A DNA stretch of 43,103 nt from the NCBI GenBank assembly GCA_013287015.1, contig JABDEO010000002.1, positions 1 through 43,103 on the forward strand. Direction: 5' to 3'. The notes beneath the pieces are model-generated. The model made no database searches and was not told the origin of the DNA. It saw only the letters and a program-made list of their open reading frames with translations. The stretch is from Chlamydiota bacterium (GTDB taxonomy: Bacteria; Chlamydiota; Chlamydiia; Chlamydiales; Parachlamydiaceae). Numbering within the stretch: the stretch's first letter is position 1; every line of letters starts with the position of its first letter. Positions 27,203-33,801 of this stretch are shown here, one piece after another. The position numbers and the translations under genes are program-made.

Positions 27203-27526
27203 GCGCATTGGGGTCAGGCCTGGGCTGAAACGAATGACCGATTTTCGAAGAAAATCAGCTTGGGGTTTACCCCCTAATTTTGGCGCCGTTTTTCGACGCC
27301 AGTGAGTGGTAGGGACGATGGGGACTCAAGCGACCTTAGGGACATTAGAGACAGGGACAATCAGCTTGTTTGTCCCTGTCTCCAAGGTCCCTAAGGTCGC
27401 TTGAGTCCCCATCGTCCCTACCACTCACTGGCGTCGAAAAACGGCGCCAAAATTAGGGGGATAAAACCGGGCTGAATTTTGAAGATACTCAACCATTCGT
27501 TTCAGCCTAGGCCTGACCCAATGCGA
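27203..27526. repeat. 324-bp giant palindrome, copy 1 (arms of about 155 bp; terminal GGGTCAGGCCTG cassettes)
   Basis: CGCATTGGGGTCAGGCCTGGGCTGAAACGAATG...GGTAGGGACGATGGGGACTCAAGCGACCTTAGGGAC...centre...GTCCCTAAGGTCGCTTGAGTCCCCATCGTCCCTACC...CATTCGTTTCAGCCTAGGCCTGACCCAATGCG. The inner 100 bp or so of each arm pair almost perfectly. Confidence 0.97.
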
Positions 27527-27529
27527 CGC

Positions 27530-28199
27530 TTACATCTCTTTAAATAGATCTTCAAGCAACGCTTGATTTGTTATTATTTCCTCGGAATACATGGTCCGCT
27601 TTAAACCCATTTTAGTAATCATGCAAAAGAAAAGCTGTTTTTTTGTTCTTGTTTGCTTTCGAAAGATTTCCATTTTTTTCAACAGCTCTTGAGCGTAAGA
27701 TTTATCGATTGCAAATTGATTGTCAGAGCATTTGATTTCGCATAGAGTAATCGCTCCATCAAGTCGATCAAAAAGCAGATCAATTTGCGCTCCTTCTTGC
27801 TGTACCTCTTTTTGGATTTTTTTTGCTTTAGGCGCAAATCGCCAAGTTCCTACAGTAGCCCCTGGATCGATTTTTAATGCTTTGCGAATCTGATCGATAT
27901 GCTTATAGCATGTAGATTCGAATGATAACCCAGCCCAAATTTTCCAAGTTGGCTGATTCGATTGAGATATCCAAAATCCTTCGTTGATTGCTTTCTTAGC
28001 TATTGTCTTCAAGTTTGGCTCAATCCAACGCAAATAAAAAAGGCTATATTCATCATCAATGACGTAGTAGACTCCTCGATCTTTATGTCCATTCTGATTT
28101 ATTGGATTCAATGAGGTCTCGCAGCAATTCTTGCTCCCTACGTCGCCCTATGATCTTCTCCGTAATGTCTGCAACGTCATCCTTATTCTTGGTCATATG
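27530..28199 (-). pseudogene. Degraded ATPase gene (PF01637-type AAA ATPase with DUF234-like C-terminal domain): N-terminal 30 or so codons plus the C-terminal 190 or so codons, with the AAA core missing
   Basis: ATG at 28199 opens MTKNKDDVADITEKIIGRRREQELLRDLIES (the typical N-terminus of this ATPase family) and hits a stop after 36 codons. A second frame (TTG 28111 to 27530) encodes only the C-terminal nuclease-fold-like part (GAQIDLLFDRLDGAITLCEIKCSDNQF). No Walker A or B motif is present. Confidence 0.6.
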
Positions 28200-28399
28200 C
28201 TCCTATGGCTTTATTTTCTTAAATCTCGCGGAACACACGTGTTTTATGTTTTAAGCGCTGTGATTATATTTCTAAATGCCGCGGTAAAAATGCAAAACAA
28301 TGTCTGTTCCGCGTTCTTTATATTACCAAACGCCGCTGGAAGGAAACAAGAATTTTATGCATTGGAGTCAGACCTGACCCCACTTTAAGTAAATCATTA

Positions 28400-28454
28400 G
28401 GACAGGGGCTTCTCGAAATGCCCATTGAAATTGAAGATTTCATATTAAAACAAA
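28400..28454. repeat. Relic copy of the 3' end of the AtuA-partner gene (direct repeat of 27079-27133)
   Basis: GGACAGGGGCTTCTCGAAATGCCCATTGAAATTGAAGATTTCATATTAAAACAA compared with GGACAAGCGATTCTTGAAATGCCCATTGAAATTGAAGATTCCATATTAAAACAA. Confidence 0.9.
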
Positions 28455-28508
28455 GCCGTTCAACATAAAGGAGCAAGAGTGCAAAAGTGTAAAAGTGTAA
28501 AGATAAAA

Positions 28509-28700
28509 ATTCAACGCAAAGGCGCAAAGACGCAAAGGCGCAAAGAATAGATTTGGCCAACTCCATTGCAAGGAATAAAAATTAATGTCAGATGAGTCTG
28601 ACTTATCCTTCCTATCCTTCCTATCCTGAAATTAATTTTTATTCCTTGCAATGAAATGAGCCGCATCTATTCTTTGCGTCTTTGCGCCTTTGCGTTGAAT
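28509..28700. repeat. Two-layer palindrome with 8-mer (CGCAAAGR) and 9-mer (TATCCTTCC) micro-tandem repeats
   Basis: Outer arms are ATTCAACGCAAAGGCGCAAAGACGCAAAGGCGCAAAGAATAGAT (28509-28552) and ATCTATTCTTTGCGTCTTTGCGCCTTTGCGTTGAAT (28665-28700). Inner arms are CATTGCAAGGAATAAAAATTAAT (28564-28586) and ATTAATTTTTATTCCTTGCAATG (28631-28653). The loop contains GTCAGATGAGTCTGAC and (TATCCTTCC)x3. Confidence 0.93.
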
Positions 28701-28729
28701 CACCCCTTTACAAGCGGCGGCTCCATCGC

Positions 28730-29146
28730 TTACATCACCTTTAACAGGTGCTTCAGGAGCTTGTGGCGCAATGTCGCCGGCATTGGAATCTTCATTCTGG
28801 TCTTGCTGTCAAGGGTCACATGCACGGTTTTGGCGGAACCCACCAGCGCAGTCCGGCCGGTTTTATATATTTGATAAGAAACCGTAAAAGAAGAGCTTCC
28901 GACTTTTTCAATGCCCAGATGCACTTCAAGCAAATCTCCGATCTTTAACGGCGTCAAGTAATCCGCCTCCGCATGCACAATGACAAATACATAATGTTCT
29001 TTGTGGAAAAGATGCTGAAAACTCAGCCCCTCGCTTTCCATAAATTCCTCTAAAGCATCATGGGCGAAACGAAATTGACGCGCAAAATATAAAATGCCCG
29101 CCATATCTGTATCGTGCATGCGGACTCTATTATGAGAGATGAACAT
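28730..29146 (-). CDS. Acyl-CoA thioesterase, hotdog fold (4HBT/YbgC-like)
   Basis: MFISHNRVRMHDTDMAGILYFARQFRFAHDALEEFM..., typical of 4HBT thioesterases (catalytic Asp in the HDTD block). The internal ATG at 29146 is preferred over the track start at 29248, which overlaps holC. Confidence 0.8.
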   Translation of the reverse strand: MFISHNRVRMHDTDMAGILYFARQFRFAHDALEEFMESEGLSFQHLFHKEHYVFVIVHAEADYLTPLKIGDLLEVHLGIEKVGSSSFTVSYQIYKTGRTALVGSAKTVHVTLDSKTRMKIPMPATLRHKLLKHLLKVM

Positions 29147-29555
29147 GATGCCCTCGCGTTTGATACGCCATTCGCCGTTCCTCTGACAACCGCCGTTTGT
29201 CAGGATGCGTCTCATCCCACAACTCATACACCTTTGCAAATTGCGCATACATCGGGCTGACTTCTGGACATAAATTTAATAATATTGACGCTTTATTGAG
29301 ATTCATTTGCGTTGTAGTGATCACGATCGCCGCCTCAGCAGATTGATCGCTAATCACATGCGGGATAAATCCCTCCTCAGGCAAACGCCACAGCAACAAA
29401 TCTATGTATTGCGCAGCCTCATTGCTGGACGCTGTAATTAAAATACGCTGACCCTGTTCAAAATAATGCCGCGCCATTTTGCAGATGCGAGTGGATTTCG
29501 CCGCATTATCCGCAACGCATAAAAATACAATTATAGGAGATGTTGGAGTGTTCAT
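29130..29555 (-). CDS. holC: DNA polymerase III chi subunit (HolC)
   Basis: 141 aa. The pattern IIVFLCV...KSTRICKMARHYFEQGQRILITASSNEAAQYIDLLLWRLPEEGFIPHV matches the chi-subunit family (LD..LW....F.PH). Confidence 0.75.
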   Translation of the reverse strand: MNTPTSPIIVFLCVADNAAKSTRICKMARHYFEQGQRILITASSNEAAQYIDLLLWRLPEEGFIPHVISDQSAEAAIVITTTQMNLNKASILLNLCPEVSPMYAQFAKVYELWDETHPDKRRLSEERRMAYQTRGHHVHLS

Positions 29556-30229
29556 TTAGCCGAAATATCTTGTTGAATAGGTGGAGGAAACTCTGGCCAG
29601 ATCACGCCAATCGACACAAGCAATTTCAACGCTTCATCCACTCGCATATCGAGATGTATCAGTTGATCCTCTCGAAACATAAGCATAAAACCCATAGAGG
29701 GATTAGGCGTTCCCGGAACAAAGACCGAAATTTTGCCGATATCTTTAATGTCAGAACCCTCGGGGAGCGCTCTATGGGTCACTAAACCAATGCTCCGCGT
29801 TTTTTCATGAGGAAAAGGCGCCAGCACGACAGATGAAAAACTGGCGCCGTCTTTTGTTTTTTCCGCCAGCAACGTATGCACGACATCCTGAGTGGCCTTA
29901 TAAATGGGGCTCACCAAAGGAATGCGATGCAGAAAATAGTCTCCAACTCGACCGAAGACCCTTAAAATAACCAGTTGGGCCAAGCATCCAATCACCATAA
30001 TGACGACAATCAAGCTTACCAGCGCCACTATTTTGCTGACAAACATCAAAACCGCGGACCCTGAGAAAAATAAAATAGGTTTATTAAATAAATCATAGTA
30101 GTCGAAAGCAGTGGAAACGATGCCTACAAAGGGTTTTGTAAGGATATTAATGACAAAAACAACAATAATTATAGTGAGCGCCAGCGGAAGAAGCAAAACC
30201 AAACCAGTCAAAAAATATTTCTTCATCAC
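29552..30229 (-). CDS. DUF502-family membrane protein (paralog 2 of a tandem pair)
   Basis: 225 aa with two N-terminal TM helices, the conserved IPLVSPIYKA block and FVPGTPNPSMGF (DUF502 hallmark P-x-P-N-P-x-x-G). 4-nt overlaps with both neighbours. Confidence 0.8.
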   Translation of the reverse strand: MMKKYFLTGLVLLLPLALTIIIVVFVINILTKPFVGIVSTAFDYYDLFNKPILFFSGSAVLMFVSKIVALVSLIVVIMVIGCLAQLVILRVFGRVGDYFLHRIPLVSPIYKATQDVVHTLLAEKTKDGASFSSVVLAPFPHEKTRSIGLVTHRALPEGSDIKDIGKISVFVPGTPNPSMGFMLMFREDQLIHLDMRVDEALKLLVSIGVIWPEFPPPIQQDISAK

Positions 30230-30903
30230 ACTTCCCTTTCATTATTAGCAGGACCTTCGCCTTTATATTCTTTAAAAGGCGGCATAATCAGTCCACAGGA
30301 AATAATGTACTTGAAAGCATCCTCAACTTTCATATCCAAAGGAATAACGTCTTCTCTGTTGTATATCGTTAAAAATCCCGAAGTCGGATTGGGGGTGGTT
30401 GGAACAAATACAGCAACTAAATTTCCACCAACGCTTTGCTCTAAACCGGGCAAAGAATCGCGTGTTACAAGTCCTATCGTATACGTCTCTTGGTTGGGAA
30501 AACGCACCATTACAACTTGTTTAAATGCGCTGGTTTGTGAAGTGAAAATCGTCTTGATCACATCCTGGCAGGCCCTATATATGGGACTTACAAGCGGGAT
30601 TCGATGAATGAGATATTCCCAAAAGCGGATCATATAGTGCACAAAAAACCAGCGAGCGACAACTCCCAACAGAACCGTAAAGCCAAACAATGCTAATAAA
30701 ATCAAAGTCTGACTGAAGAAAGTCAACAGCTGTTCCGCGCTTAAAAATAAAAAACCTGTATTTAATAAGTTATAGCGACTTAAAATGGCCTGAGAAATGC
30801 CCAAGAATGGCGTTGTCAGCAAATTAAAAATAAAAGCGACCACCACCAGAGTGAGCGTGACCGGCAGAAGAATCACTAAACCGGTAATAAAATATTTCTT
30901 CAT
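30226..30903 (-). CDS. DUF502-family membrane protein (paralog 1 of a tandem pair)
   Basis: 225 aa with the same architecture: IPLVSPIYRA and FVPTTPNPTSGF. First gene of the DUF502-DUF502-holC-thioesterase operon. Confidence 0.8.
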   Translation of the reverse strand: MKKYFITGLVILLPVTLTLVVVAFIFNLLTTPFLGISQAILSRYNLLNTGFLFLSAEQLLTFFSQTLILLALFGFTVLLGVVARWFFVHYMIRFWEYLIHRIPLVSPIYRACQDVIKTIFTSQTSAFKQVVMVRFPNQETYTIGLVTRDSLPGLEQSVGGNLVAVFVPTTPNPTSGFLTIYNREDVIPLDMKVEDAFKYIISCGLIMPPFKEYKGEGPANNEREV

Positions 30904-30971
30904 TTTTTGTCCTTAAACGCTGCCCTGAGATGTGATGTGACAAACGCTCGTTCCTCGCGCTCGTCACCGCG

Positions 30972-31000
30972 TTTATAGCATATATTGAATATTTACCCAA
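30972..31000 (-). promoter_or_regulatory. Candidate sigma-70-type promoter of the DUF502 operon
   Basis: On the minus strand: TTGGGT (complement of 30995-31000), a 17-nt spacer, then TATAAA (complement of 30972-30977), about 70 nt upstream of the ATG at 30903. Pattern only. Confidence 0.25.
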
Positions 31001-31017
31001 ATACTTACAGCGCTTAC

Positions 31018-31659
31018 GGGTGCAATTAAAAGTGAGGGGTTAAGGAGGTAGCCAGGGCGTCCCGCCCTGCTTTTTAGGCAAAAAAACATTGAAGATAATA
31101 CACGCGACCAGGGCGGGACGCCCTTCCATATAACGCAGCCCTTTTGCACGTGTTATTTAACGCGAGTTTTGGGAGTTTGACGCTTTGATGCTTTTAAAAG
31201 CGCCAGGGTATTTTGGGGGTCAGGCCTGACCTGGGCTGAAACGAATGACCGATTTTCGAAGAAAATCAGCTTGGGGTTTACCCCCTAATTTTGGCGCCGT
31301 TTTTCCACGCCAGTGGGTGGTAGGGACGATGGGGACTCAAGCGACCTTAGGGACCTTGGAGACAGGGACAAATAACCTGATTGTCCCTGTCTCCAATGTC
31401 CCTAAGGTCGCTTGAGTCCCCATCGTCCCTACCACTCACTGGCGTGGAAAAACGGCGCCAAAATTAGGGGGATAAAATACGGCTAATTTTTTTCAAAAAT
31501 CAGTCATTCGTTTCAGCCCAGGCCTGACCCCAAAATACGCGCCAAAGCGTCAATGTCAGGACAATCGTTTATCCAAAACTCGCGTTATTTACAGACAAAC
31601 ACCGCGGAGCCGTAGGGCAACTGGCCACCTTCCTTAACCCCTCACTTTTAATTGCACCC
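31018..31659. repeat. Composite four-layer nested palindrome of about 640 bp; the innermost layer (31211-31537) is copy 2 of the 324-bp element
   Basis: Layer 1: GGGTGCAATTAAAAGTGAGGGGTTAAGGAGGTAGCC (31018-31053) pairs with GGCCACCTTCCTTAACCCCTCACTTTTAATTGCACCC (31623-31659). Layer 2: CCAGGGCGTCCCGCCCTG (31052-) and CCAGGGCGGGACGCCCT (31108-). Layer 3: TTATTTAACGCGAGTTTTGG... (31153-) pairs with CCAAAACTCGCGTTATTTAC (31574-31593). Layer 4: GGGGTCAGGCCTGAC...CAGGCCTGACCCC. Confidence 0.95.
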
Positions 31660-31664
31660 AGTGT

Positions 31665-32003
31665 TTACACGTCCAAGATCAACCGTATGGCATCGTCAAC
31701 AAGTTTCATCTCTTCAATTGACAATTCGCCGATTTTGTCTCCAAGCCTTTTAGTTCTATCTATAGACCTCATCTGCCTTGGAACGACTTTTCCAGCTCTT
31801 CCAGCCAAATTAATTTTCACCTCAATTTTCGAAAAAATGCGCTCTACATTACTCGTGATTGGGGCGACAACAATCAATTCAGAACGATTCGCAATGTCGC
31901 TGGAAATAATAAGACAAGGACGCGTCTTGTTTATTCCTTTACCATCAGTTGGATCTAAACGCACCCAGTAAATATCACCTCTTTTTGGATAATCATTTTT
32001 CAT
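31665..32003 (-). CDS. mazF: Type II toxin-antitoxin system toxin, PemK/MazF family endoribonuclease
   Basis: 112 aa. PKRGDIYWVRLDPTDGKGINKTRPCLIISSDIANRSELIVVAPITS is the canonical PemK/MazF N-terminal pattern. It overlaps the upstream antitoxin gene by 11 nt. Confidence 0.88.
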   Translation of the reverse strand: MKNDYPKRGDIYWVRLDPTDGKGINKTRPCLIISSDIANRSELIVVAPITSNVERIFSKIEVKINLAGRAGKVVPRQMRSIDRTKRLGDKIGELSIEEMKLVDDAIRLILDV

Positions 32004-32262
32004 TTACTGTCTGTTCTCCAAAATCAAAATCGTCCATCCCAATAAAATCTTCACCTTCAATATTAGAAAAATTTTGTTTAACTTCGATATTTCCAATGTC
32101 TTTATCAGCTTCTAAAAACTCCATTAGTAAAGTTTTTTCATCTTTCTTGAGAGCTTCCCACAAAGCCTGAGTGACGAATTTACTCATTTTACCTCGCCCA
32201 ACCCTAGTGTGTAGAGCGGCATCCAACTGCTCAGGAATTGTATATGTTACAGCTTTTTTCAT
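31993..32262 (-). CDS. Cognate antitoxin (ribbon-helix-helix-like N-terminus, acidic C-terminal tail)
   Basis: MKKAVTYTIPEQLDAALHTRVGRGKMSKFVTQALWEAL (RHH pattern), then an acidic tail (EGEDFIGMDDFDFGE). AGGAG Shine-Dalgarno upstream of the ATG at 32262; the track ORF starts further upstream at 32304. Confidence 0.75.
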   Translation of the reverse strand: MKKAVTYTIPEQLDAALHTRVGRGKMSKFVTQALWEALKKDEKTLLMEFLEADKDIGNIEVKQNFSNIEGEDFIGMDDFDFGEQTVNEK

Positions 32263-32388
32263 GATAATGTAACTCCTCTTTGCTTGAATTATACATATAT
32301 TCATATATATTTATCAAGTCCAAAGCTTGGTATATTTGAATATTTCAACATAAAAAATCCCTTCTTGGTTATAATTAATAACATCATT

Positions 32389-33771
32389 ATGGAATTCATT
32401 CATCAAGCCTACCAACCCGGCGAAACCATCGCCGCAGTCGCCACTCCTCCGGGAGAGGGCGGCGTCGCGATTGTGCGTATTTCGGGTAAAAACGCTCTAA
32501 ATGTCGCCTCAAAAATTTTTTCGGGTCCCATCCATCAATATCGCACGCACACCGCGCACTACGGGAAAATTTTTAATCAAGCCGGCGAACATATCGACGA
32601 CGTTCTCTTACTCGTGATGTTAGGCAAACGCTCCTACACCGGAGAAAACACTGTCGAAATCCACTGTCATGGCGGAGGATTGATCACGCGCCGCGTTCTA
32701 GAAACTGTTTTACATGCAGGCTGTCGCGCGGCAAGACCCGGAGAGTTCACATTTAAGGCCTTTATGAATGGAAGGCTCGATCTTGCCCAAGCTGAAGCTG
32801 TGCAAGAATTGATTTGCGCGAAGAACGAACATGCGCTTAACGCCGCAGAAAATCAGTTGCAGGGGGCGCTTTCACGTAAAATATCGAATTTTCAAACCTC
32901 CTTGACTTTGATCGCCGCCATCCTTGAAGCTTGGGTCGATTTCCCTGAAGAAGGCCTTGAATTCGCCAGTATGGAGGAAATTTCCGATCAACTCACCGAT
33001 GTGTGCACACAGATGTCGCGCCTTGCCGCAACTTTTCACGATGGCAAAATCTTGCATGATGGCGTTTCCCTTTGCCTGATCGGCTGCCCTAATGTGGGGA
33101 AATCTTCGTTGATGAATGCACTGCTCGATAAAGAACGCGCCATTGTCTCGCATATTCCCGGCACCACTCGCGATATTTTAGAAGACCACGTTCGCTTAAA
33201 TGGGTTGAATTTACGCTTAACTGACACCGCAGGCATCCGCGATTCTGATGAATGCATCGAACAGGAGGGAATCCGCCGCTCCAAGGCGGCGATGGCTGAC
33301 GCCGATCTCATTTTGCTCGTATTCGACGCATCCAAGCCCATTGCGGAAGAAGAACGGCGGCTCATCACGGAGGTTCCTCCAACCAAGACGATTGTCATCT
33401 GGAACAAAATCGATCTGCCCCATCATGAATCGCCGCTCTTTGATTTTCCTTTTTCGCATATCGTCAAAATTTCAGCGAAGGAAAAAACAGGCTTGGATCT
33501 ATTGCGTAAGAAGATTGATGAGGTTATCTGGGAGCGCGGGCCTCCTGCGCGTGATGAAGTTCTGATAACGAATGTACGTCACAAAGAAGCGTTGAATCGA
33601 GCCATCGGCGCCTGCCAAACGATAATTGACGGGCTGCGCAGTGGAGTTTCGCCGGAATTCCTTTCATTCGACATGCGTCAATGTCTCAGCGAACTCGGGG
33701 TCATCATAGGCGTTAACATCACTGAAGATATTCTTTCAGCCATTTTTTCCAAATTCTGCATCGGAAAATAA
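32389..33771 (+). CDS. mnmE: tRNA modification GTPase MnmE (TrmE)
   Basis: N-terminal ETIAAVATPPGEGGVAIVRISG, G-domain GCPNVGKSSLMNAL / DTAGIR / NKIDL, and the invariant C-terminal FCIGK. ATG at 32389; the track ORF begins upstream at 32284. Confidence 0.95.
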   Translation: MEFIHQAYQPGETIAAVATPPGEGGVAIVRISGKNALNVASKIFSGPIHQYRTHTAHYGKIFNQAGEHIDDVLLLVMLGKRSYTGENTVEIHCHGGGLITRRVLETVLHAGCRAARPGEFTFKAFMNGRLDLAQAEAVQELICAKNEHALNAAENQLQGALSRKISNFQTSLTLIAAILEAWVDFPEEGLEFASMEEISDQLTDVCTQMSRLAATFHDGKILHDGVSLCLIGCPNVGKSSLMNALLDKERAIVSHIPGTTRDILEDHVRLNGLNLRLTDTAGIRDSDECIEQEGIRRSKAAMADADLILLVFDASKPIAEEERRLITEVPPTKTIVIWNKIDLPHHESPLFDFPFSHIVKISAKEKTGLDLLRKKIDEVIWERGPPARDEVLITNVRHKEALNRAIGACQTIIDGLRSGVSPEFLSFDMRQCLSELGVIIGVNITEDILSAIFSKFCIGK

Positions 33772-33801
33772 TGTTCTTGCGCATTCAAATAGATAATCAC
33801 C

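Noticed and set aside
28131-28388. 85-aa plus-strand ORF upstream of the ATPase relic
   Set aside because: It starts at a non-ATG codon, has no Shine-Dalgarno or recognisable motif, and overlaps the pseudogene N-terminal fragment in antisense. It lies in what is more plausibly the promoter and leader remnant of the decayed gene.
27203-31545. Calling the block between the two 324-bp palindromes a bona fide composite transposon
   Set aside because: No transposase, integrase or obvious target-site duplication is visible, and the enclosed operon contains a housekeeping gene (holC). It is reported only as a recombination-prone, transposon-like architecture.
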